The notes beneath the pieces were generated by a model. The model did not search any database and had not been told where the DNA came from. It saw only the letters and a program-made list of their open reading frames with translations. DNA of 64,000 nt from Callorhinchus milii (taxonomy: Eukaryota), in NCBI RefSeq assembly GCF_018977255.1, contig NW_024704742.1, positions 44,146,001 to 44,210,000 of the forward strand, written 5' to 3'. The position numbers were made by a program, and so were the translations under genes. Positions 24,826 to 37,750 of this stretch are shown here, one piece after another; the first letter of the stretch is position 1, and the number at the start of each line of letters is the position of its first letter.

Positions 24826-25429
24826 TAAAATTTAAAATATATTCTGATGTTTGACCCTAGACATTACTAGAAAAGAAGATGTACAGAACAAGAAAAAAAA
24901 ACTAATTGCATTTATGCAACCCCCACCACGGAGGATAGTGTTTATTTAACTACTAAATTAGTTCCTTCCAGTGGACTATGTAAATCTACAGCCATAGACT
25001 TCGAATTTATTTAAATTGTGCTTTAAATTGTGATTTAAATCCCAGATAAAACTGTTTTAAGGCACGTCAAGTTTTTTTTGTCCTCGATCTCAGAAGGTAT
25101 CAATCGTGTAAGTTCCAGGTTATTAGTCAAATGTTGCAAATTATGTAATTCCATTTGCAATGCATATGTGAAATTTCATAGTGCTTGGGAAAATGGATAT
25201 GTAGAATATGTTGTGTAGAATATGTGGTAATGTGGCCTTTAGTCCATAAAGTTGTTATGCTTTGAGGGGTAGAATATTGAGAATATTGTAGTTTTGCATA
25301 TATATTGAAATATGTGTGAAGTATGCAAGCATTTATATTGTAGTATATTTAGTTTTGCATGAGGTTTATCAATTTTGTGCTTGCGTCAGTAAAGAAGGCA
25401 AACAAGATGTCGGCTTTATTGCCAAATCA

Positions 25430-25900
25430 GTTAAATTCAGATCCACAGGAGCTTTATGCTGCTCTGGTTGGATTGCACTGTGGGTTCCCAGACCTTGGAG
25501 TCACAGGAGAGCAATGAAGATAATCCTCAATGTTAGAGGAGTAAGCAACGATTAGACAAAGTAGGATTCTTCAATCTTGAAAGAAGACATTTCAAAGGGG
25601 TCCTTCATACAGGTACACAACATTTCATTTTAAATGGGATTGAGAAAGTAAACCCAGGACAAAAGGGTGTAGGCTTAGAGTTGCATAGAGCAATTTCAGG
25701 ACAGACACCAGGAAGTATTTCTTTACCCAGAGGCTAATTAGCAACTGGAACACGTTTTCTGGAATAATTGAGGCAAGATTATTGGACTCTTTTAAACGTA
25801 GCTTGATGCTGTGATGAGAAGACAGAAGCATGGATATTCTGGAATGATGAGGTGAAAGGGGCTGAAGGGGATGCTTCATCCAAACTAATTTTGTGATCCT
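25430..25900 (+). mobile_element. Old CR1-like 3' fragment
   Basis: Homologous to 44455-44940 and 33870-34115 (CAATTTCAGGACAGACACCAGGAAG...TTGTGATC). Confidence 0.65.
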
Positions 25901-27268
25901 CAGCCTATAATCAGAGTGTAAGTTATGCTTACATCCACATTGTTATCCATACATTAAAACAATTTACTCATACAATGCAATACAAATTTACATTTATATA
26001 CCGTTGAAAATACATTAAATTCTGTCATCTTGTTTTCACAACTTAGTGACCACATTGATCTTGGCGTTTTCTGAATCGTCTCCATTAAATCAATGTGCTT
26101 TGGAAGGTACAATGCTAAAAATTGCACACAGTATTGCAAATGTGACCCTACAGTATTGCATACCCGTTTTGACTTGTGATGAGTGTAACATAATGACTAT
26201 AACTGCATGCTAATCTGAAAACAGTTGTACATGTAGTATTTTGCAATCCTTTAGAATTCTCATCATGGTCTCCACTTAAATCTCCACAGATTGAAGTACT
26301 TTACCTGACATTACATTCCTGATGTCACTGCTTCCTTCAGATTTTGAACCATCAAATGCTATTTAGCCTATGTTCCTCTATAAGTCTCTGACTTTTTCCC
26401 CAGACCTGCCAAGTCTCACTTCTGCACGATCTCTCTCATATTTCAGTTTAGAATTGTAACCTATTTTAATGCATGTCACTCTTTCCAACAAAATAAACAC
26501 AGCTCTATTTAGTTTAAAAGGGTTTGCAACCTGTATCACTCTTACTGATCATATTGTCTGTAAATGGCCTTGCCAACTTCAGGGTGGGGGGGATATAATC
26601 CTACTGAACCACTAAGTAGAGATATACAATTCTTGCATTATGGCATTGCTGTAACAGCACCATCTATCAACAAGTTTGGTTTAAAAGGTGAAGTTGCATT
26701 GGACTCGATGTACTAGAATGATTTCCAGACTCACAGTGCCAGAATTTTAATGTGATGGCATTTCCTCACACAGCAGGCCCAGAATAATCGCTGCGAGAAC
26801 TTTGCATCCTAAACAAGTTAACATATTTGACATACATCATTAAGTCTTTTTTTTACAATTTTCCCCTGATTATTAGTATTTGATTTATATTGATTGTTTT
26901 GCCCAGTATAGTAGAAAGATCAATCGTTGGGACCTGACCCCTTTGTGGATATGAAAGCAGTGTGGATATCAGGTTTGTGTGTGCGTGTCTTCCTCTTGTA
27001 CTGTATTAGCTTTTGTGCATCTTTCCCTCTAGATCACTCTAAATTTGTTATTCTGGAGATTTGAACTCGACTGATTTGGCAGTACAGTCCAGAATCCTAT
27101 TGCCTTGTTTATTGATGTTGTTTGGGATAAATAACATACATGGTGATTTAATGGATAAATGCACACCTAATATTTGCTGATATCACAACCTTATTTAAGT
27201 TCTGCATCAGAGCCTCATTGCAGATAAATGGCGTTTGGATAGTCAGTGCGTGATAACTGAGCAATCTC

Positions 27269-27650
27269 AGACCTGTAGCTTAGTGGTTAGAGGACTAGCC
27301 TCATGAGTGAGAGGACCTGGGTTCGATTCCCAGGCAGGGTGAAACATTGGGCAAATTTCCTTACTCCACATGCCTCTATTTACCTAGCAGTAAGTAGGAA
27401 CCTGCTTGTTAGTCGATTGGGGGATCGCTTTTCCGGGGGTCATAATCCCTTCAAAAAAAATTACAAAAATAATAATAATTTGATCACCAAATCCACAACA
27501 ATTTGTGGAATACTGCTTTGCGCAATTGGCCGCTGCATTTCACACACAAAATATACAGTCAATTCACTCTACAATATATTCTGTGAAGCACTTTGCGATG
27601 TCTCGAAGACATGATAAGCTGCTATATCAAATGCAAGGATTTTTATTATA
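27269..27650 (+). mobile_element. Full-length tRNA-SINE, long variant
   Basis: CCTGTAGCTTAGTGGTTAG...GGGTTCGATTCCC head, CORE-like segment, shared tail. Confidence 0.85.
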
Positions 27651-27759
27651 TGGTGTTTAAAACACTCTTTAAAGTTAGATTATGAACAACAACATTTCTG
27701 TTCTTTTTCATTCTTCAAAGATTTTTCTCAAAGAACGACATGGACTTTTATAGTACCTA

Positions 27760-28147
27760 TCACATTAACATCTCAAAGTGCTTTAAAATAATAACTGTTA
27801 AGTGTAGTGACTCTTCATAAGTAAAAACAGCAGAAATGTTGCATACAGCAGAGTCCTGCATACCTAGACATGAAATAAATGACCAGTTTATCGGGCTGAT
27901 TGTCTGCCAGAAAACCAGAAGAAACTGCTTTCTCTTATGAAATATTGTCATCAGATCTTTGATGTCCATCTGAACATGTAGATAGGATCTTAGCTCACCT
28001 CATCTGAAGGACAACATCCAACAATGCTGCACTCTTGACTTTGGATTAGAGGGTGAGCCTAGACTACGAGCTCATTCCCAATGTGGGGGTTGAACCCACA
28101 ATCTTTGATCCAAAGGTGAGAATATTACTAATTGAGTCAAGCTGACA
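27760..28147 (-). mobile_element. Decayed Deu-domain SINE
   Basis: Reverse complement has GTGGGTTCAACCCCCAC and TTCAGATGGACATCAAAGATC, like 53480-53885. Confidence 0.6.
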
Positions 28148-28864
28148 TCCCTCTCAACAACTGTTATCAAAACCTCACACAGTTTTCACTGAAATGTGCA
28201 GTTGTCCACCAAGAACAAGTTAATGGGTGCGGACATGCAATCCATCAGTTGTCAAAGCACAGCTTCAAAGGAATGAAAAGCTAAGAATAAGTGTTAGAAG
28301 GTGAGGAGTACTTGTAAGATCGCAATGCAGTATCAAATGGAGAATAGTATTAGAAGTGACTTGTCAGGCTAAGGACTGGAATGGGAAATGCAATGCTACA
28401 TAATTGTGCTTTAAGCTCCTCTGATGTTTCATTGGTAAACCAACTGCCAAGTATGAAATTGCCGTTCTAGGTCTTGGACTTGATCCTTGGCTTGTGCTGA
28501 GTAAGCTGATCTCTGCTCAGTGATAGTCTTAGCCTCAGTAAATTGGGTTTCAGAGAAAATAATCACACTGGTTATCCAGTGACCCCTGCTGGTAAGAGTT
28601 TTTGTGTGCACTTGGAGAAGACTTAGTTTGGGCTTGGCTGTGGTGCGCTGATGGTATGAAAATGGTAAGAAACACAGGATTAAACTTGGCCGTGATGCTT
28701 CCTGTGGCTGAATAGTTTGCAGACATCACTCGTCTCATACATGAAGAATCTGCATCCCCAATATGTGTCCTTTGGGGAAGGTTAAAAATATCAGTTGTTT
28801 CAAGCAAAATGTGTCAATAGTATGGCATAATGGCTGAAATATTTACTTGGATTAGATTTTTTTC

Positions 28865-30245
28865 TCCTTGAAAACCTCTGTTATCACACTCCTCCTCAAA
28901 AACCCACCCTCGATCCCTCTAATCTCTCACATTACCGTCCCATCTCCAGCCTGCCCTTTCTTGCTAAAATCTGGGAATGCATTGTTTAGGTCAACTTTGG
29001 TCACACCTCTCCCTCCTCAAGCCCCTGTAGTCTGGTTTTCGCTCTGCAGAGACAGCACTCGTCAAAGTCACAAACGATATTCTCTCTATCTGTAAGCAGA
29101 GCTCCCTTGCCTCCTCGTCCTCCTGGATCAGTCAGCCAGGCCATCCTCCTCCACCGCCTCTCCTCCCTCATCTACCTTAGTGGGACCGCACTCGCATGGT
29201 TCGAGTCCTATTTAACCAACCGCCTCCATTTCATCTCAGCAAATGGTTTCTCCTCCGCCCCCGCCTGGTCACCCACAGGGTACCCCAGGGCTCCATCCTT
29301 GGCCCTCTTCTTTTCCTCATCTTTTCCTCATCTATATGCTCCCTTTGGGTGATGTCATCCACAGATACAGGGTAAGCTTTCACACGTATGCGGATGACAC
29401 ACAAATCTACTTTGCTTCCTCCAGCTGCGACTCAAGGTCAGCCAATGTTCTCTCAGCTTGTCTGACAGACATCAAGACCTGGATAAGTGTAAACTTCCTG
29501 CAGCTGAATGTGGACAAGACAGAAGCCATACTCCTTGGGTCCTGTCAATGTCTTCACTCAGGGGATCTAAACTCCTTAACCTCCCTGGGCTCTCCCTCAG
29601 ACTCACCGAACCAGTGCGCAATCTAGTTGTCTGGTTCTACCCCCCAGTGTCCTTCCTCCCTACATCCGGTCCCTGACCAGGATCGCCTTCCTCAACCGCC
29701 ACCACATTGCCTGCCTTCGACTGTACTTTACCCCAAATGCAGCCAAAACCCAGGTATGTATTTGTCACCTCCCGTCTGGATTACTCAAACGCACTCCTCA
29801 TCGGTCTCCTCCAGCTCATTCAGAAATCTGCTGCCCGCATACTTACCAGGACCGAACACCGAATGGATCGACTTCAAGATCCTCACACTCGTATTCAAAT
29901 CCACTCTCTGGCACCTCCCTACTTCTCCGACCTCCTCACTCCCCAATCCACCATCTGGCACCTGCGCTCGACTGGCGTCAGCCTCCTGCTCATCCCTTGC
30001 ATCTTCCGCTCCACCATTGGAGGTCCCACTTTCAGCCACTACGCCCTGAAAATGTGGAACACTCTTCCTCAATCCCTCTGGCTTGACCTCTCTCTACCCT
30101 TTGAAACTCTCCTTTTCGACTGTGCTTACAGTCACCTCCACCCTCCCACCCCCCGGTTTGGAGTCAGGAGGCACCACTGCTAAGCGCTCTGAGGCACTAC
30201 CTGGATGGAGGGCACTATATAAGTTCAAGTTGTTGTTGTTGTGGT
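28865..30245 (+). mobile_element. L2 LINE, 5'-truncated, decayed RT to 3' tail
   Basis: GTALAWFESYLTNR, FHTYADDTQIY (YADD near 29387), NFLQLNVDKTE, FVTSRLDYSNALL, MWNTLP; ends in (GTT)n. Confidence 0.92.
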
Positions 30246-30299
30246 GAAGTGTACTGACTGTTTTGTAGACTGTATTTTGTTGCCCCCTCTCTACTCTTT

Positions 30300-30450
30300 T
30301 TCAAGTCGCGTCTAAAAACTTTCCTTTTTGAATTTGCTTGTGGTCACCACTCGCCCCCACCCAGCTTGGAGTCAGGTTACGTCCCTGTTATGTGCTCTGA
30401 GACGCTACCCTGGGTGGAGGGTGCTATATAAGTACAAGTTGTTGTTGTTT
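30300..30450 (+). mobile_element. Second L2 3' tail directly downstream
   Basis: Repeats TTGGAGTCAGG...CTCTGAG...GGAGGG...CTATATAAGT...GTTGTTGTT of 30155-30245. Confidence 0.75.
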
Positions 30451-31062
30451 CGTCCATTACTGGAAGCACTGTATATTGTATGACATTATGGCACTGTTTT
30501 CATATAATGACATTGAAGAAATCAAATTACTATGCGATTAGAAATACTATTTGAAAGGTACAGTACTCTGCTCATCAGATACCGACCTTATCAGTTACAA
30601 ATTCATAACAAGGTTAAAAATAACTAAGCACTGAATGAAAATAAGATCTAAAGTGAAGTCTAAAGTGCTTCTTCCAGTACAGGCTTCATTTTAATTTTAG
30701 CACTTGATAAAGAAGCTTTATAAGTAATTAAATAAATGGTAACAACATAACTAATAAAACCTCTTTATTCCCCTGTTTGGCAATGTTATTGTTAACTTTA
30801 TTATTGTGTGAAAAATGGTAACAACACCCTTACAAAAGCTTTCTTTGGGGGCTTCTGTGGGATTACTGCTCAATTCAAGCTGTATTAACTCGAAATTATT
30901 ACAAAATGGATTAGTGTATGCAGTTTGGTTACAGGATTTTATAACAAAAACAAGGCTTTGAAAAGATTTAAATAATGACATGTATCATTCCAGTTTGTAA
31001 ACAACTGAGCTTAAATGGGAATTGACCTGTAATTTTCTTGTCCTAATTTTTCCTCTCCTTTC

Positions 31063-31197
31063 CTGTGTGCAATTAGCTGCCGTGTTCACCCACAAATATA
31101 CAGTCAATTCACTTTACAGTATATTCTGTGAAGCGCTTTGGGACGTCTAGAAGACGTGAAAAGCGCTATATCAAATGCAAGGATTATTATTATTATA
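31063..31197 (+). mobile_element. 5'-truncated young tRNA-SINE
   Basis: Near-identical to the 3' third of 19441-19788. Confidence 0.85.
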
Positions 31198-31549
31198 ACT
31201 AGGGCAGTCTCAGTCACCCGCCTGTGACTAAAACAAAAAGAGGTGCTGATTGGTAATTCCCCACAGTGAGGTTTTTTTTTTGGTGTTGGACATGTGCGGA
31301 AACCCATCACCGTGCTTAAGATGTTAAGAGTATCCAAATCAAACTGAAGGTTTCACACATATAAGCCACCTGCCTCTGCAGGGACACAACCTGCAGATCT
31401 AATTCTGGTGAATATTAGGTGAGGTTGGCAAGAACCAAGGCTTGGGGACTCCAGAGTGTGCGTTGGAGTCTTACCAGCTAAAACAGCATTGCCAGTGATA
31501 TAACTGCCTGACAAGCTTTCCCTCTGCTTGTGCAGTTTAGACAAACCCT

Positions 31550-31830
31550 ACACTTTCGGGCTTTGGCTTGCAGTGTTAACAGGAGCTGAGTGGGAAGAAT
31601 TTCTGTTCCTTGTGACTGGACTGCGTCTCAAAGTGCTACTAATGAGCCAGGCTTGTTCTATCATCAGCAGTGCCCTGGAGTATTGTGGACACCTTTGACT
31701 TAGGAACCAAACTATGAAGACTACCATAGAGGGTTGACTCGATTCTGACAATCTGTTTCTAAGCACATCACCTTGGATCTAGCTCAACTCCAAGGAGTCT
31801 TCATTTACCTCCCAGGAGGTTAGTACCCAT
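31550..31830 (-). repeat. Unclassified interspersed repeat, copy 2
   Basis: Reverse-complement homology to 40700-40970 (TTAACAGGAGCTGA, CAGTGCCCTGGAGTA, CCTTGGA...TCCAAGG). Confidence 0.7.
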
Positions 31831-32774
31831 AGGGAGAAAAGCAACAGAGAGCGACTCAGCCAAGGCACCTCTGAGCAGCCACTTTTAGAGAGAAATAATT
31901 TGGCCCAAAACAAAGATATTAAATGGACCCATTGATCCAAAGGTAATCTTTTAGACTTTGACCTCAATTCAAGAATTCACTTTTACACAAGCGTGTACCA
32001 AGCAAATTATAACATTTTACATATTTTGACACTTAAGAGTTCCACAACTCAAGTTCAACTCTAGGCTGTAATAGATGGGCAGCTGTGAGTCATGGAGCTG
32101 GTATTCATTCTCAACTGTATGACTCAAGTGTAAAGCTTTTGGGCTCGGAACAAAAAAGGCAATTATTGCTTCAGCTGTTTAGCAGGCAGGAATTCAGTAT
32201 TATTGGCAAGAAATTATATGCATTGCTTTACGGCAGCAATACTGCACTTAACAACTTATGAACTGTTGAATAAAATTGAACCAGGTACCCTTTTGCATGT
32301 ATGAGAGATTATATTGAATTGCAGAGGATTACATTTTAACCGAGCTACAGAGCTTGCTTATAAATTAGGTTACGTTTGAGGCTAAGATATACTTGTAAAT
32401 TGAATTCCCAATTTTCACTTGCAGATTTTCCTGGCTAACAAAATATCATTGAAGAGGTGAGAGGCAAATTCCACAAAGGTGAAGAACACATTGATTTTGT
32501 TCTGTTGCATTGCTGAATATAATTTTTCAGATGTAACAAGGATTCCATTAAACACCCGAAACCTAGAAGGTTGGCGTCTGAGTTGGCTTCACTTTCATTG
32601 AAAATCATTCATCGTATTAATGAATCAGACTCCTGATAGCTGGAGACATACATCTATCTCCCTTTCACCTACACTTTCCAGTAAATCCTGTGAAGCATTT
32701 TGAGACATCTCCACTACAATCAAAATGCAAGGATTATTATTATAACATTTTCTTCAACTTTCCCACAAATTAGA

Positions 32775-33085
32775 GGACCCAGGTGGGCAAAACCTTAGGC
32801 AAGTTTCATTACTTGACATGCTCCACACACTTCTGTTCACTTTGCAGTAAGTAGAAACCTGGTTGTTAGTCGATTGACAGATCACTTTCCGGGGGTAATA
32901 ATCCTTAAAAAAAATGGTCAATAAATCCATGACTGTTTGTGGGAGACTGCTGTGCTCAATTGGCTGCCATGTTTTACCCACAAAATACACAGTTAATCCA
33001 CTTTAAAATATATTCTGTGACGCCATTTGAGACTTTTCAACAATGTGATAAGGTGCTATATCAAATGCAAGCATTATTTTTTTTC
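32775..33085 (+). mobile_element. tRNA-SINE long variant, head partly lost
   Basis: AACCTTAGGCAAGTTTC...GTTAGTCGATTG...shared tail. Confidence 0.75.
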
Positions 33086-33149
33086 AAATTATTATTTCTA
33101 GCCATCCACCTGAATAATTTCAAAATTGGTTCACCAGTGACCAGGTCCA

Positions 33150-33450
33150 CTTACACCCAAAGAAAGAATTCTGTGGAGTGGAGCGGTTATTTCTGAGAAT
33201 GATTGCGATTCCTGTGAGTTTTTTTTACATCTTCTCACTGTGTGTCTTGTTCATACCCCTATTGGGCAATTGTAACTAACGGTATCTCTACCTCTTCATT
33301 TGAATTACAGAAAGGTATTCGGTATCATTGCTCCCAATTTCTCTTACTGTATACCATGGCTATTGAAACTTCAGCTGCTTCCATCTGGTCTGTCGTGGCA
33401 TTAGTGGGGTTTGAGTTGCAGGCCAAGAACATCAAATATACCTATAAGGC
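33150..33450 (+). mobile_element. Ancient L1/Tx1-clade reverse transcriptase remnant
   Basis: AIVTNGISTSSFELQKGIRYHCSQFLLLYTMAIETSAASI resembles the L1 motif VxTNGxxSxxFxLxRGTRQGCPLSPLLFxLAIEPLA; upstream SVEWSGYF resembles DRVEWxYL. Confidence 0.6.
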
Positions 33451-34124
33451 TTCAAAATTATAACTTTTGTGTGGTTTAATGAGTAATTTGTCATTTTCAT
33501 TCCATCATTTCTTATTTTCTTAAATCGCAGACATCCATTTGACTTATTTTAACTGTTTAAAATAAAGACCAGAGTCTCAAAACTCTGAGCCTGTTTTATA
33601 TTAAAAAATAAGATTTTGCAGAATTGTAAATAATTCATATATTCAGCCTGAATTTTGAAGTTTAATTTTATTTTAAAAGTACCATAGAAAACCAGCTTAC
33701 AAATTAAGAATCAATTTAAGAATGTTCAACATTTCAGGGTGTTTTAAATTTTTTGGACAAAATGTTCCTCAGGTTAAGACGAGGTGTAATTTTGATACTT
33801 AATGTGCCCTACAGAACTACACATTAGCTGTACTGATAGTAAGTATAACAGTAAACACTGTTTTCTTTTCAACTCAGGCAGAGGTTTAAAATTGCTAAGG
33901 GCAATTTCAGGACAGATACCAAGAAGTTTTTCTTTATCCAGAAGGTAATTAATGACTGGAACAAGCTGTCAGGAAGCTGCGGTTGAGGCCAAGGCATGAC
34001 TGACTCATTTAAAAAACAGCTTGATACTGTGATGGGAAGATGGCAGGATGGATATTCTGGAAAGATGAGAACAAATGGGCTGCAGGGCCTTCTTCATCCA
34101 AACCATTTCTGTGATCTTTCAAAC

Positions 34125-34495
34125 TGGGAGGACATCTCAAAGCGCTTCATAGCATATACTGTAAACTGTAGTGACTATATTTCAAGGTGAATATGGTAGC
34201 CAATTTGCACCTAGCAATTTATCACAAACAGTCATAAGGTGAATACCCAAGTTTATTTGGAGGATTGTTGGCCAGGACATCGGGAGAAACACTCTTTTCT
34301 TGTCAACTAGTGCCACGTGATCTTTAATGTCCACCCAAACAGGCAGACAGGACCTCAGTTTAATGTTTCACCCGAAGGACGACACCTCCAGCAACACAAC
34401 ACTCCTGTATTTGAATGTCAGACTAGACTGAGTTCAAAGTCCCAACATGGGGCTTCAAGCCATAACCTTCTGACTCAGAACCAAGAGTGCAACAA
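34125..34495 (-). mobile_element. Deu-domain SINE
   Basis: Reverse complement: TCAGAAGGTTATGGCTTGAAGCCCCA...GGAGGTGTCGTCCTTCGGGTGAAACATTAAACTGAGGTCC... Confidence 0.75.
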
Positions 34496-35047
34496 TTATT
34501 ATTATTATTATTACTATTTAGAGGGTCAAAATGTGAAAAACTGAGTACAGAAATGTTCTGGGGTCATGAAAGAAAAGACCTCCATTTTCTTAATCTCTAC
34601 ATTTGAAAGGCATCTATTTCTGTGGTAGCTGATTAAATCAGATGAATTCTCAGTGTGATTGAATTTCTTTGACTGACTAAATGGGGTTGGAAGGATTAAC
34701 TTGTTTTGCACTCGTTGCTGTACTATTTGAAATTAAACTAGTGCTCCTTCATCTATCAAGTATCCACTAACATATTTCAAATGGTCTTTAAAGCTCAAAT
34801 CATGTTCCAATTCTTTCCCTCTGTTCTGACTCCCTGAGCCACGGATGTGTGGGGACTTAACTTTGAAATGTGCTGCTCAGCTGTCATCAGCTCAGTAACT
34901 GATGTCTTTTAGTAGCCAAGCACCACATTTAATACAACTTCCTGAACTACAAGAGTCCCTCTCCTCATTCTCAAGTTTTTTTTTCTTTGGTATGAGAAAA
35001 ATAATCAGAATTATGACAAATATTACAACTTAAAATCTATGTCAGGG

Positions 35048-35586
35048 TATCAGCCTGGATCAGTTAGTAGCACTGTTACCTCTGACTTAAAAGGTTGCGA
35101 ATTGAAAGCCTACATCCAGACTTTGAGCTCGTAGTTTCGGCAGTGCTGGGGGAGTACTGCATTGTTAGCCTGCAAAATTCATAGTCTCTACACTTTATAG
35201 TAATTCCTGTGAAATGCTTTGAGACATTCTCCTGATGTGAAAGGCTCCATATCAAATGCAAAGATTATCGTTTATTATTATTGTCAGAAGTGCCGTCCGT
35301 CAGATGAGATATTAAACTGAAGTCCCCTCTGCTTATTCAGATAGATGTTAAAGATCCCCTGGTACTGTTCTAATAGGAGAAGGGAGTTTCTCCTGGTGTC
35401 CGAGACCACAATCCCTCAGATAAAAAGTTGTCATTCACTTCATGGCTGTTAGGCAAGCCATTGCTGTGCGCAAATTGTTCACCTACAATACACAATCACT
35501 ATACTCTACAGTAAATCCTGCGAAGCTCTTTGGGACATCTCAATTACGTGATAAGGTGCTATATAAATTGGAAGAATAATTATTAT
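35048..35586 (+). mobile_element. Deu-domain SINE with a second SINE 3' tail nested at about 35166-35283
   Basis: Head, then a tail fragment ending TTATTATT, then the central domain resumes at GTCAGAAGTGCCGTCC. Confidence 0.65.
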
Positions 35587-37114
35587 CTTGAACAGTTAAA
35601 CAAATTCACAAGTATCAGCATCACACAAAATTTGATAGTGTAATCTTTTAATAAATTGATTTGTGGCAAATTTATCTATTAACTAGAATCAAGGGAGGGA
35701 AGAAAATGTTACGCTGTCCTTATAATTTTGCATGCATTGGCTGGGGGCAAAGGTTTATTTACTGAAGGGCCAGACTGGTGACTGTAAATACGACCCATTC
35801 CATGCTGGTCTTTAGGTTTAGGTTAATTACACCGAATACTCTAAATCAGGTTGGATCAACTGGTAGCCTGTGGGCCCACATCCTACCCAGGGGATAATTT
35901 CATCCATGCAGCACTGTTATTAATATATTATTATTAATAATTAATTTGTCACAAAAGATTCTTCTTTTACTGCAATTTGGTCAGACCTTTCCCCCACTGT
36001 TTTATGTAAGGTCTTATGTTTAACTATATCATTAGTTTGTTGTCTCTTGTTATCAACATCAATCTTAACTGTTGGTTATTTACACTTGTAAAAGGTCTCA
36101 CGTTCCTCACTGAAAATCGGCTGGTTTTCAGTGGAGATATTTTATTAATAGACTTACCCTCTGCTAGTCAATGTTAGCTCTAAGTTATAACATTTGAAGA
36201 ATCGTCATAGATCCTTCACAGTAACTGATGCCCACAACACCTGTTAATGCTGTCTACTGACATTACATGACTTTGAGAAGCATGAAGCCTGCTCCAAACT
36301 CAACAAAATGGTTCATTATGACCATTTTGTTTCTTGGAAAGCTGTACAATAAAAAGGATTTTTAACCTCAACCTCATTATGTTACTTCAGCATGAATCAA
36401 CTCTCTTCAGAAGAGAGTGGTAAAGGGTGAACATGAGGGAAGAATTGAAGGTGAAGAATAAATCTACCGCAAATGGCGGAATTTAAATTGGAAAAGAAAA
36501 TTAGTCTCTTCATGGGAGCCAGGATGAAGGATCTGTTCAACTTTTACATCTAGGAGGCTTGAAAGCTAAGATTGAAAAAAACTCTGCTCCACATCCTCTG
36601 AAATACTAATTTCTCTGATATTTTCCCTTCTCCCATTTTCAAAATTTTGAAGGTTATACTACTGGTTGATGACTTTCTACTTTATTCTCTCAGTCTGGCT
36701 GCCTTTGCTCTAAAATCACAAATCCTTCTATTTCACTGTTGTCCATAATGAACTTTCTCTGGCACCAAATAAATAGAATAGAGCCTGGGAAAGTTCAGTT
36801 GGAAAGCTCTGCAAAGTTATGATTGTATATATTACAAAATAATAAACTATATTTGGGAGTGTTCTCGAGACAGTAACACGTACTTAGCATTCAGGTAACT
36901 GTGCAAAGCACGCAAGCTTCTATCACAATGATTTATGACTTTTTTCAACCTTTGTAAGATTGATCTGGGATATAATACATAGGCAGTTCGGGACATATGT
37001 ACATGCGACTGTCAGGAGGGTGGAAGGCGAACTAGATGGGCCTTAGTTTTTTTTTCTTCTAGCATTTCTTATTTTCTTATGTATGATCTAGTATGTATGA
37101 TCAAGTGCTGTCTT

Positions 37115-37750
37115 TCAGATTACATTTGGTATACACCTTTCACTTTGGGAGGACGTCTCAAAGTGCTTCACAGGATACACTGTGAAGAGTAGTGCCTGTG
37201 TGTTTTGTGGATGAACACTGCAGTCAATTTGGTCACCGGAATGTCCCACAATCAGCCAAGAAGTGAATGACCAATTTTATTTACAGGATTGTTGGCCAGG
37301 ACACCGGGAGAAACTGGAAGGAAGAAGACTGCAAGGAAATCCAAGATCTTAAACAAACATCATCCAAGTGAGTCCAGAATAAAATTAAACAATACAAAAT
37401 AATCTATTTTTGATTGTATATATATAATCATACCTCCCAGATTAAGCACCTTACCAAACTGGAATGTTTTAAAGCTTTCAAACCATTATTTACACGTAAT
37501 GTTATGTAGACAAACATGGCAGATAATATAATTGTAACCCTTGCATTTGATATAATGCCATATTACATTGTCCAGAAGTCTCAAAGTGCTTCACTGTAAA
37601 CTGTAGTGACTGTGCACTTTGTATGTGAATGCAGCAGTCAATTTTCACACTGGAATGTCCCAAAAATAGCCATGAAGTGAATGACAGATTTTATTTGGGG
37701 GATTGTTGGCCAGGATATTGGGAGAAACTCCCTTTTTCGAATAGCCATGA
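37115..37750 (-). mobile_element. Two adjacent Deu-domain SINE 3' halves
   Basis: GTCTCAAAGTGCTTCA...GGATTGTTGGCCAGGA...GGGAGAAACT occurs at about 37155-37315 and 37578-37730. Confidence 0.7.
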
